From contig CM119382.1 of NCBI GenBank assembly GCA_051294905.1, forward strand, positions 7,626,001-7,690,000: a stretch of 64,000 bases of DNA. Reading direction: 5' to 3'. Positions 37,009-48,293 of this stretch are shown piece by piece. The DNA comes from Botryllus schlosseri. Its lineage: Eukaryota. The position numbers were made by a program, and so were the translations under genes. Positions within the stretch are counted from its first letter, which is position 1, and every line of letters begins with the position of its first letter. The notes under the pieces were generated by a model. That model saw nothing but the letters and a program-made list of their open reading frames with translations. It was not told the DNA's origin and did no database searches.

Positions 37009-40000
37009 ATGAGTGTTCCGGTGAAGGTATTCACCGGTTTAAGGAAGGCTCACAATATCGCCGACCATATGATCAATCACGAAATAATACACGTTGTCGT
37101 CACGACATCTTCCAAATTCGACGAACTGGCTGAAAAATGCTCCGTCCATTGCGGCATCAAGCCCATGTACGCTTCCTTATTCGCCATATGGGACGCGCGT
37201 AACAAAGTTTGGGCGAATCTGGGAAATTACATTTTCCCGTTGCAGGACTATAACGGTATGGCCGGAGAGGATACCACAGATGGATGTACTTTCGAGTTCA
37301 GAATACGTTTTCTCATGAAAACAGAAACCACAGTGAATGGGCAAAAAGGTGAATCACAAAGATGGGACGCTTACATTGAAGGCGCCAGCCGCGTTATGGA
37401 CAAAGTAATCGTTGACTATTTGTACCGACAAAAGCGCAATGACTTTTTGTTTGATAACATCGCACTGGCGTTAGGCACTGGCGCCGACGATGACTCATTT
37501 TCTTTGGCACTCGGAGTCGCAGCATTAGATCTGTTGTGTCTGTCTCAAATATCTAAAACTAAACTTTCTAACCTCGAAAAGAGTGTTCCCGTGAAGCAGT
37601 TGTTGTCGAAATCGTTCAGAGACCGCCTGCGCGAATACAGCTTTGTAAACCGTTGGCAGATCAAACTAAAATTCAAACACTTCGTAAAGTATCTGATACC
37701 AGCCGCGCAACGTTGGGAAGAAAACGGGCATGAGTTAGACTTCTTCCTGCAACGTTACCTCCTTAATTTAGAACTCTGCACCACGACGTACGGTGTGGAA
37801 CGTTACAATTTAGCCAGGAATGGATACATCACAGTGTCAGCTGATAATGGAATAACTCTTCACGGTGATGAGAATAAGGAAGAGAAATGGTGCGATTTCT
37901 CGGAAATCACGCACATGACGCTGCAGGTTCGGTCGCATGACGATACCGGGTCCGGACAGGTTGTTGAACAAGACACGGCCCAAGAAAATTTTCCGCAAAA
38001 CGCATACATCGTTTGCATCAGTAAGCTTGACGGCACTTGCAAAAATTTCAGCATGGAATCGGGCACAAGCGCCGGGAATCTAGCGTCTTGCATTGATGGT
38101 TATTACAGATTATTAGTTGACGCTCATCATTACTTATGCAAGGACGTGTGCTCACCTGATTTAGTGCGGCATCTACGTTTGAAGTGTCACGGGCCTATAA
38201 CGTGCGGGTACGCTGAGGATCTGCTCCAGGAAAGACACAAGCTAGGAGTAGCGACCATTGGTGATTGCATAATACGTAAGAGCAGAGAAAGCTGGGATGA
38301 GTACTTCGTGAATTCGGTGCATTCTGTAGACCCGTTCAAGACTCGCAACTACAAAATGGACCGGTCTGATGAAAACTTACTGGGGCTTTACGGCTGGCCA
38401 GAGTCGCACAAGCACGAAAACTTGGAAAGTCTGTTAGAAGAATGTGCCGACGGTCGATATGATAACCGCAGAATACCGATAAACCCAAACAAAATAGTGG
38501 CGCCCAAACCGAAACACAAAAGCAATCTTATCGTCCGGCTTGCGCGCGACTCGCTGATCGCGATATATCCAACGGACGACCAGCAGATAAAGCCACGAGC
38601 TGTTCTTATCGAGCTTGACTCTAATGAGAAACAAAACGTCAAACACCTAGGCACTGGCACATTCACAATAGTGAAGCGGTACAAAAACGAGAACACGGGT
38701 CGATGCATGGTCTTCAAAAGCATACTTGAACAGAACGAGCCACAGCAGAACCACCACATTCACATGTCCTTTCAGGACTCCACCGCGCTGCTGAATCGCA
38801 TAAGTCATCGCCATTTCGTGCAGCACCTGGGAATGACTATGAGCCACGTTACCGGGATATGGCTCGAGTACCTGCCTCTCAAATCCATCACGCAGTATCT
38901 GGAGTCGCGCAATCTCGACCTGCGGAACAGTCCTTCGTGGTTTCTACAAGCTCTGTGGCAGGTGACGCACGCATGCCACTATCTTGAAGAAATGGGGTAC
39001 GCACACGGTAATTTACAGGGCAAAAACGTGCTGCTGCAGTGTGACACGCCGCAGCCGCATGTTAAGATATCTGACTCTGGCGTGCGTACCAGGCGGCGAG
39101 TTATTAACGATGGCCGGGACGCCAAGAAGTCTGTCGTGGAACCGATGCTGCCAGCGCCATGGCTGGCGTACGAATTTTGCTTTCGAGATAGAACTTCCGA
39201 TGTCAAATACCCTACCATAGAAGCCGACAAATGGAGTTATGGCGCGACGGTTTGCGAGATTTTGAACTGGGGTAAAATACGATTGGGACCTGTGTACGGT
39301 GGCGAGCTGTATGACCCTATGCGGCAATTTTACAAGCGCGGCGACTTGCGTGGCTGTCTTGGCCTGCCGGAATTGATTACAGGCAGTCAGGAGTTGTGCG
39401 ATTTAATCACAGCATGCTGGTCAGTGGTGCCTGATCAGAGACCGCCGTTTCAGAAAATTCTCAGAGAAATTGGCTCTGCGCTAACGGGCGATTATGTCTT
39501 ACTGTCAATGGCCAGTGAGCCAATCGTCGACGCTGTCAATGAGTTAGACCTCGATGTCCCGACTTACGAAGACGAGAAGCTAACCCGAATCTCCATACTG
39601 GGGGCTGGACATTTTGGTACCGTTGAGCTTTTCGCGTATGATCGTCATCGCAACACCATGACCGAGAAGGTAGCGATAAAGGAGCCGAAGTCGCCTTCTA
39701 TGAAACAGCACAAGGAGTTTATGCAGGAGATCGAAACCATGAAACGCATGAACCATCCGTACGTGGTAAGGCTTTTGGGAGTCACCGAACCGTCGGGACG
39801 TATCGTGATGGAGTATTTGAAAAACGGATCATTAGCGGACTTCATGAAGCGACGTAGGAATGAGGGTAATTGGCTGCCTACATCGCAGTTGCTGAGATAC
39901 TGCTCACAGATTGCCGAAGGCATGACTGCGTTGCAAGAAAAGCGTCTCGTCCATCGAGATCTCGCGCTTAGGAATATCTTACTCGCGGATAATCCAGCCG

Positions 40001-40452
40001 ATATTAAGATATCGGATTTTGGGTTGTCTCGTTTTGTACGAGAGGATCGGGAGTATTACTCTGGAAAGTTGGACGAGTTTCCGGCGTACTGGTACGCGCC
40101 CGAGTGCCTGCGCGCTGACTCAGTGCGGACGTTCGGGTTTGAATCTGACGTCTGGTCGTACGGCATTACGGTGTGGGAGTTATTTTCGTACGGCGATCGG
40201 CCCTGCCATAGAAATCTCGGTCCGATCGACCGGCCCGAGATGGTGGACAGGCTGCGGCGCTTGCTTGAGGACGGCGCTAGGTTGCCGCAGACGGAAAGAT
40301 GCCCCGACGAGGTGTACAAGATGATGCTCGCGTGCTGGGCGTATGACAAGCGCGGTCGGTTGAAGTTTGCCGAGATTAAAGCGGAATGCGACATGATGGT
40401 GCCGCTCGCGAACGCAAACCAACTGACGTACACCCGCAATTTCGAGGGGTGA
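37009..40452 (+). CDS. JAK: Janus kinase, copy A (FERM-SH2-JH2 pseudokinase-JH1 tyrosine kinase), single coding exon, 1147 aa
   Basis: FERM FEFRIRF and ALGVAALDL; SH2-like CHGPIT and IIRKS; JH2 LGTGTF, HGNLQGKNVLL, KISDSG (no HRD/DFG); JH1 GAGHFG, VAIK, HRDLALRN, DFG, activation loop EYY, WYAPEC, SDVWSYG. Start context ACCATG. Confidence 0.96.
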   Translation: MSVPVKVFTGLRKAHNIADHMINHEIIHVVVTTSSKFDELAEKCSVHCGIKPMYASLFAIWDARNKVWANLGNYIFPLQDYNGMAGEDTTDGCTFEFRIRFLMKTETTVNGQKGESQRWDAYIEGASRVMDKVIVDYLYRQKRNDFLFDNIALALGTGADDDSFSLALGVAALDLLCLSQISKTKLSNLEKSVPVKQLLSKSFRDRLREYSFVNRWQIKLKFKHFVKYLIPAAQRWEENGHELDFFLQRYLLNLELCTTTYGVERYNLARNGYITVSADNGITLHGDENKEEKWCDFSEITHMTLQVRSHDDTGSGQVVEQDTAQENFPQNAYIVCISKLDGTCKNFSMESGTSAGNLASCIDGYYRLLVDAHHYLCKDVCSPDLVRHLRLKCHGPITCGYAEDLLQERHKLGVATIGDCIIRKSRESWDEYFVNSVHSVDPFKTRNYKMDRSDENLLGLYGWPESHKHENLESLLEECADGRYDNRRIPINPNKIVAPKPKHKSNLIVRLARDSLIAIYPTDDQQIKPRAVLIELDSNEKQNVKHLGTGTFTIVKRYKNENTGRCMVFKSILEQNEPQQNHHIHMSFQDSTALLNRISHRHFVQHLGMTMSHVTGIWLEYLPLKSITQYLESRNLDLRNSPSWFLQALWQVTHACHYLEEMGYAHGNLQGKNVLLQCDTPQPHVKISDSGVRTRRRVINDGRDAKKSVVEPMLPAPWLAYEFCFRDRTSDVKYPTIEADKWSYGATVCEILNWGKIRLGPVYGGELYDPMRQFYKRGDLRGCLGLPELITGSQELCDLITACWSVVPDQRPPFQKILREIGSALTGDYVLLSMASEPIVDAVNELDLDVPTYEDEKLTRISILGAGHFGTVELFAYDRHRNTMTEKVAIKEPKSPSMKQHKEFMQEIETMKRMNHPYVVRLLGVTEPSGRIVMEYLKNGSLADFMKRRRNEGNWLPTSQLLRYCSQIAEGMTALQEKRLVHRDLALRNILLADNPADIKISDFGLSRFVREDREYYSGKLDEFPAYWYAPECLRADSVRTFGFESDVWSYGITVWELFSYGDRPCHRNLGPIDRPEMVDRLRRLLEDGARLPQTERCPDEVYKMMLACWAYDKRGRLKFAEIKAECDMMVPLANANQLTYTRNFEG

Positions 40453-41199
40453 CAGTAAGTCAGTTGAGAAATGATTCCGCTCTGATAACTTGAGTAGGTA
40501 ATAGGTATTGCTTACCGAATCAGCACTACCCACTCAAACGATCGCGTTTTTAGACTGCTGCCTGTTGTACAATATTTTCAATGGTTATATGAAATCTAGG
40601 CAATAGCCGTACCCGGACATCGTTTGATCAGTAACATAATACGGTACCTATACTTTTTCGGAGTATTCAAAGTAGGATTTACTTCCACTTCTACTTGAAC
40701 AGATTCTAGGCAAAACTGCTTGCGTTTTGAGCCTAAATTGTGAAAAGTAGAAATAATGCGGTGATGATCTTGAAGATGCGTGCCGCGATTTAGCGAGTCG
40801 CTACCTCCATCTCTAATTACTGCTGAAAACATGCTACCCCTTGACCAAATCTGCTTTTTGGAACTACTTGAGTAAGTAGTTTTGGATCATATATTTCTAC
40901 GTCCAGTTGAGGTAGTTTTGATGTGTTTCGGAAACTAATATTTATAAGTTTTTAATTGAAGTAGAAATTTGTGGCGTTACTTCTACTCCTGCCTGAGTAG
41001 CAATGATGACTTATTTGACCACTTTGCTCATAAAACCGTTTAGTAGAAGCGGAAGTCTTCGTGAAACAGCCATTTGAATATGCAGTGCAAGTCGGCCAGA
41101 CGAAATTGAGTAGGCCTACTCAAAAACAGGAAGAAGTATTTGTCATTGACCACCTCTGCGCACTACTGCCCTATTCACTGTATTCAGCTTAAGAATTGC

Positions 41200-44150
41200 C
41201 GGTTCTGTCACTCCTGGGTATTTTCAGCCGATTAGCGTCGAGATTGATCAGCATTAACGGGTACCACGTTCCTTGCATTATTATTATTAATAACATCATG
41301 TTCAGGCACCGCTAGCAACTATATTTTCATGGTCAATCGGGGATTCTAGATTCGCGATAAATGGAAATGCGGTGGTTGGTATTTCTACGCAATATGGTAC
41401 AAGAGGAAATGTGATGTATAGTACGTGTCGTACTGCGTTATCATGGTATGTTTGGTGTCATGTACACTTTTTACAGTATTCCCTATACCTCGTTGTCGTT
41501 ATCTGATTATCTGTCGCTGTGTGAAATGATATCAACCTTCCGACAGGGTTTACCGTCGCATTTCGTTGCCCGAAAACCCAGCGTTTTTTTATAAGATTGA
41601 CGCGGCGAAATCCTTGTTGCGTCACATATCAATATCAATACGTGAGCATTTCTGCTCGTGCTAGTCCTAACTCTTTTAAATCAACTTCGTCCAACGATTG
41701 AGCTCTTTCATAATTTTAAACTCGCTTCAAGCTGTGCAGCACAGCAGCGGCTTTCGACCCGTACTGGGTCGCAGGTCTGCTTTACGTCATCACTATTTTC
41801 GTACATTTTTAGCTATATTTTTACGATAGCCGAAACTACGTTTGCTGTCGCCAGTGTGATGTTTATTTTATCGCATATCGCCGTTCCGAGTCTCGGCCGT
41901 TCTCCTGCCTGTTTCACTGGTGACCTTTTGTTTCCTGTAATTTTCACGCGTCCGCCATGCCTCCGTGAGTAACAGCGATGCAGTCGTTAGCGCCAGTCTT
42001 TGAAAAAGACGAACTCTTGCCATACTTCGCCCGGTACGTTGTGCAACAATATTGAATCCATATGTTCCCGCGCGTCTTAAGGAACGGATTTTCTCACCGT
42101 TCCAGAAAGTTTCGGTAATTCACGCAGTTGGCCGTAAAGCTCGTTGCGGTTGCCTTAGTCATGCCCGCGGGCCCAACCGTAATCAAACACGGCGTTACCA
42201 ATATATGTGCTAATTTTCGATTGTGGGTAGGTTTACTTCGAAAGCAATCTTATTTTAGTGTCAGTCGCCTTGCAGTGTGCCTCAATCTGTGATTATTTTT
42301 GTACCGACGCGATGCATTCCCTAACAGTATTAAGATGCGTCTGGTGTGGTGTAGTTTCAGATCATCGCAGTTATTATTTTCAATTATTGGTCGCCGATAT
42401 TGTGTATGTGATATATTTTTCATCTTGTCAACCTTGACGTGTTTTTTTTTAAATCAAAAGTTGCCCAACCCAACTACTCGTCTACGGTAATTTTGTGATG
42501 AGAATAGGTGTTGAGCGGAATTTGAATTTATCAACATTATTCCCAAATTGCGTGCTGCACCCTGGGTGACTTCAGCCAAGCTTGCTATTCGGGTACAATC
42601 ATGTAATTCTATGGTACCGTCAGAAAATTCACCTTGTGTCTGTCACGCATCGTTGTTTTCTTTATGATACGTCACAGTGCTCGCTCATCGGTCATCGCTT
42701 TGCCTTGAGCCGACTGATCTAGAAGTTGGCAACGGCAACATTATGAGAGTATCGCATAGCTTGTTGAATGATCTCAACGGTGGGTTATGAAATATTCAGT
42801 CGTGTTGCGTGTGTCACCACTTCGTGCACGCAATCAGTTGCATTTTTGTGGCTCCAATAAAGTATTGATGCCCGATTGCATTATCACAACAAGGGTAGGA
42901 CCAGCCACGATCCAGTAGACAGGGACAGATGCAGCGCGTGTTGGAGCCTTCAGTAATCGTTGCTCAAATGCTCATATTGTTGAAGAAATGTAACCGATGT
43001 AACACAGCACGGCTATGTATTTCATGTCCACTGTTGGAAGTTCCGTCACTGTCTTCCAACGTAACCATAGGGAGTAAATCACACGCAGACAGCAGTATTG
43101 CTGGCAATCAGAAAATGATAGAACTCGCAACTGCAGGGAGGAAATCGCAGCGCTGATGCAACAAGAGGCTCGTTTGATTGCTGCAGCGGCGGACATTAAC
43201 GTTAGTCAACATCCTGTGTAATCATTGTGAGGTCACATATTTCGCGGCATTATGCAGAACGCAGCAATGTCTGGTCACAGGAAATGATCCATGCGGCATC
43301 GGGTGGGCTATGTATTGCAGAAGATGCTTTGGTCCTAGAATTCTGATGATTAAAAGTGACGCGCCGAAATAGGGAACCGCTAGCCCCAATGAGTGATCGC
43401 GTGCACGCATTAACGTTGAAGTAGAGATACTGTGATATTATTACTTGGGAATAATAAGTAGGCTATCTATACCTTGAATTGAACGCATCAAGTAGTTTAG
43501 CCTGTATGGCGTCATTCTGTCTACGTCCGAAAATTGGGGGGGGGAGGGGGGGAAACTACGCCCCTTCTGAAAGCAACACGCACTGCAGGGTCTTCGCAGA
43601 ACTGAAAATTCAACCTGCAATCTTGGATCATCTTTTGAAACTATGAACCCTAGCCTACTTTCGCAACGTTCCTCGGAACGTTTCATGGATCTTCGTTATT
43701 TACGCGTTAGTTTTTCTAAATCAGTAGGCATACTTGTACTTTTGCTTATATCTTGACCACTTTTGATAACCTTATGTCATGACATGGGTCTATCTATATG
43801 TGTTCTGTGTTTGGAATTGCGCGCACACGCGAAATCGCTCATCCATATTATAGCTTGGCTTTCGGCGCTAGTCAAGGTGGTGCATGATTTAGCTTTAGAC
43901 AAATCTCCCTTAAAGCAGATTTCGCACTCTTCGAAAATTTACCAACATTACTCGTAATTCTGATTTAGTAGCATCAATGACAACTTGGCAATCGCTGGTT
44001 ACATATATGGTGACGTCTGACGTGGCTATCAGCTGCATCTGAGGACCACAATCGATTGCAGTGATTGACCCCAAGTCTGTGGCAGGAAGGTAATCCGGCG
44101 TAAAAACTGCTGCCAAATAAAAATGCGGACCAGTCATCCACTGTAACAGT
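41200..44150 (-). pseudogene. Possible decayed intronless gene with TIR-like, death-domain-like and kinase-like segments (unit A copy)
   Basis: By-eye translation only: 41993-42130 VP*DAREHMDSILLHNVPGEVWQEF (death-domain-like); 41246-41337 DHENIV...GTWYPLMLI (kinase IV-V-like); ~43770-44030 DVTIYV...EICFKGDL...QAIIWMSDF (TIR-like). Many stops and frameshifts. Confidence 0.3.
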
Positions 44151-44261
44151 CACTACGTGACGAAGAAGAGTTAATAAATATGTATTGTAACTCAATTCTC
44201 ATTTCAGTCATATTTAATTGTCACCCGAGTTTTGGGAATTATAAGCTGCACAAGTGCACAT

Positions 44262-47035
44262 TAGGGATGGTGTGAACCTCTAAAACAGTGGTTCCCAACC
44301 TTTTTTGACTCATCGCCCCCTTATGAAGCTCAAAACATTTTCATCGCCCCCCTATAAGAAAGTGTCCCAAATCAGAGTTTTATTGACCTCTCGTTACCAT
44401 AGTTCCCTCTAAGCTGCGCGCATGCCCAAAGCGCATTGCTGACATGGCCTCTGCGCACAAAAAATAAAATACGATGTGATGACGTACTTTTAGTCAACAC
44501 CACAAAATTAAGAAGAAAATAGGGAATTCAGTAGTCAAATCAAAGTGATGACCTCTTTTAGTCGTTAGGCACTGCTGTCCAATGGACCGCGCAGTGAGTT
44601 GGTGATTGCGCAGCGCGCAGAGACAGGGGTTTGCCTAAATCCTTAACGTTCGACAATAAGTTAGATGGCCATTACTGTACTATTCGGTATCATAACAACT
44701 TACTGTCCTCCACAAATCTAACCGCACAGCTGGGTTATCAACGTTTTGGCAACCATTGTAGTTACTAGTAGGCTATAAAAATAAGGCACATCAAGAAGCA
44801 ATGTTGTGTCACGTCTAAAAAGTAGACGAATGAAAACTACATCGGTGATTGAAAATCAACTGTTTCGCTTGCTTCAAATGTCATGCATAGGGTTGCCAAC
44901 TGTGCGAAAGCTCTGGGAGTCAAATATTGCAAAACATAAGGCCAAACTGACTGAAATATAACTAAATTATCTTCATCGTTCGAGATGTCTTTACATGTTC
45001 ATAGAAATCAGTTTCAATTGTTCAATTTCGCTTATATTACGCTGCAAGAAAGTGGTGGAATTCATTTCCGTGCGCATAAGGTCGTCAAGCTCAAGGTACA
45101 TTTAGAGACGTCAAGAATTCTACTACCAAATCGACGCGAAAACGAACCAGCAAATTTTTCAATATATCAGCTTGCTTAGGTAGGCCTGGTAGCCTAAATG
45201 ATAACCTACACAACTAATTGACTCTTGCAATGCGGGAAGCAGATAAAGTGACTCGGGACCTATGATATCGATGTTATATATGACAACGGTTTGTGGGGCG
45301 TAATACCCCAGTATGCCAACTGCAGGTCAAAATTATGTAAAACAACCCCAATATGTTCTTGTGTGCGCGAGTAAGCACCACTTGCTACTTATGTAAATGC
45401 TGAAAACAAATTTTCACAGTGATAGTTGAAGAAATTCGAACGATCTGAAATAGTGCCAACGTGCCAATATTCCCAAATTTGGCCCAAATATGCGCTAATT
45501 GACAACACTGGCTACTTCGCAACGACACGACACACTAATTAGCAGTTCTGACAGAAGTGTTCGTGCTTGCTGGCTCACGCAGAAACTGCTGATGTTTGAT
45601 TATGATGTAACTATTGCGTTATAGCCATTGACAATAAACGTACGCCAACAACTCGATGGTATGAGGTTGAGAGAGCTCGTTAACAAGTGGAATAGATGTA
45701 ATATGATGCAAATTTGGACTTTAAATCTTTTTCAGGTATCACAGGCTAAATTGGGTCAAATATTGAGTCACTTTTCTATCAATATCGATCTCATATAACT
45801 TGAACTAAGCAATAAACCAAGCATATAATGAATAATATTTGATTGAAAGGTCCATTTTCGCCCCCTTCGTCCGTTTTCGCCCCCCTATCGCCCCCTTAGT
45901 TATTTTCGCCCCCCTAGATCGCCAAATCGCCCCCTGGGGGGCGATATCGCCCACGTTGGGAACCACTGCTCTAAAAGGTTCAGGTTCGTGTGAACGCGAA
46001 CCTTTTTGAAAGGTTCTGTGTGAACGCGAACGTGAACCTCATGACGTCACGTGACGTCATATTGCTAATTCCAAGCCTATCTTTCAATGTAGGGATAGCC
46101 TATATTAATGTACACACGATACGTAGCAACGACTCCTGCCACATAATGCCACAATTCTGAAGTACATATTGCCGTTTTAAACGTCGCTAAATGTATCAAC
46201 TGATGCAATCAAATGATATAATGCTCCCATAGAATGAATATCATCCGTCGCTTTTCACAATTTCGACGATGACTTGCCAGGGAATATAAGCTTACGCCCT
46301 AACGGTCTTGGCCAGATCGGACAATGTAGTCGGCTTCTGAGTATTGTTTCATTGATATTGAGCAGGGTGTAAATCAGATTTTTGTACTTGATACCGATGT
46401 TAGGCTACCCCACAAGTTATACAGCTGTAGCCAACACATTGCTGGCACGGGTTTAGTTTTAATGATATACAGTAAACATATGAAGTCAAGATTGACCCCG
46501 TACGCCTGCTAGATTTGTTACATCAAAAAACGATATTAATTTCATAGATTGGTTGAATAAGCATCATTCGCTGACTACATGTATAGTGTATGTCGCTCGT
46601 GATGCTGTGTGATTGTGGGCCAAGCTCACAGCAGAGAGTCACTAAACAATAAACATTCACGAACGGAAAGCTAGTAAAATCTTTGAGATTGTCAAGGTGC
46701 ATGCTCGTTTTGTGTTGATTTCTTATGCTGCCAGCCCCATGCATAGACCGCAGTTGAAATGCAATAAATTCGAACCACAGATGTCATAATGAAGTGAAAA
46801 TTCTAATATATGAAAAATGTCCACAGTGCAGAACCTACCAAGGTTCTGTTGCGAACGCGAACCTCTCAATTTCCGAGGTTCACACACAGAACGCGAACGT
46901 GAACCTCACGTTCACCTTCACATCACCCCTAGTCTACCTTGCATGTCGCATTTCACTGTTACATTTTTGTAGTGTTATGTTGATATGTAATGTATACGAA
47001 TAAAGATTCTCTCTCTCTCTCTCTCTCTCTCTCTA
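44262..47035 (+). mobile_element. TAGGGATG hAT family copy with nested insertions
   Basis: TSD gtgcacat on both sides; empty site at ~61733 in unit B. Carries an AATAAA+(CT)n retroposon 3' fragment at ~46932-47032. Confidence 0.85.
44286..45968. mobile_element. hAT element (CAGTGGTTCCCAAC TIR) nested in 44262-47035
   Basis: Perfect TSD ctctaaaa; further hAT-like ends inside (~44399, ~44886, ~45510). Confidence 0.88.
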
Positions 47036-47382
47036 GTGCACATGTTCCGCGCTACTAAGTTACATACGCGACGTCCTGAAGATATCTGACTAAATTTTGT
47101 AGGTTATGTTATTGCGTCTGCAATTAACCTCGACGGACGCTACTTTTCCGCAGCTGGTCGTCAATTGCCATATAACAATGCTCAATTGCTAATTCGTGAA
47201 TGTATTAAAGTAGTTACAGGACACCACAGTTGCATTCATTTCTTAGACTCGATGTCAGGGTTGTCAAACTCATCCGTAGCCTACTCCATACCCAATTACG
47301 AGATCGAATGACCAGACCATCTCCTTGGAACGGATCGTGGCGTGAACTCATCATACTCGCTCCTCAAACGAGAGGAATTGAA

Positions 47383-47846
47383 CAGGGTTGAAACCAAGTA
47401 ACAAGGTTCCGAGTCACAAGTCAATCTCACTTTATAGTTTTGACTCGAGTCAAGTGAGTCGCGTCATTTTCAATTCAGCACCGTGATAAGTCCAAAGTCA
47501 CGGAGTATAGAGTGTCGAGCCCGAGTCACGGTGTTTTGACTAGAGTCCAAGTCATTTTGCTGACTGTTCAATGTTCAGTTTCGAGTTAATGTCCTATAAA
47601 ACCTACTTTTTACAACTCTGCCCGTTGATATCGAATGCTTCGCATTCATAATATATATATATACAATTTTTCACACTTTTAACAGCTTCTATGGTAGCAT
47701 TTTCAAGTACTAGTACTGATAGACGAAATAATAATAGTGTGATAACTTTACTATTCTTTGAAATTACAATGAAATGCCTGTCTTGGTTTGGTAGACCCAG
47801 TCTCGGGCCAAAAAATCGCGACTCTAGTCGAGTCATTACAAGCGTC
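47383..47846. mobile_element. hAT-type MITE with gagtc subterminal motifs
   Basis: TSD gaattgaa/aaattgaa (7/8); absent from unit B (~62020). Confidence 0.65.
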
Positions 47847-48293
47847 AAATTGAATGAACGGTTATGATATTGTACTAGGGATGGGCAAAATGTATCATAA
47901 GTGCCGTACTCGAATCTGAATTGAGTCGAGAAGGAAGCTACGATTTTCTCGGGTTCTAGAATTGAATGACACAGCGAGATATTTTAACAGATAGTATTAC
48001 TCAGTTTCGTTACTTTCTCTTGCTAGAAGCCTTTAAAGTTAATCCCAGAGCGTTAGCCTAAGACTGCGTCCGTCGGTGGAAGCGGCATTTCTGTGAAATA
48101 GTGATTGAAGCTCAGTATGAAGTAGATATGGTCGAAAAATACCAAACCATCTTCAAAGTCAAGTGACTGTGTCAAGTGTGTATTACTCTGGAAATCTAGA
48201 CGAATTCCTGGCGTACTGGTACTGCGTACGCGCCTCAGTGCCTGCGCGCTCACTCAGTGCGGACATTATGATATGAATCTGGTGTCTGGTCGT

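Larger units (their letters stand above)
35195..48186. repeat. Segmental tandem duplication, unit A
   Basis: Upstream, JAK and downstream blocks align with 52376-63738, e.g. 35340-35640~52545-52920, 41200-44260~57190-61740 and 47036-48186~61733-63738. Confidence 0.9.

Noticed and set aside
41978-42055. 25-codon plus-strand ORF (MQSLAPVFEKDELLPYFARYVVQQY) with start and stop kept in both units
   Set aside because: Substitutions are mostly nonsynonymous, and retention is expected by chance in a recent duplicate.
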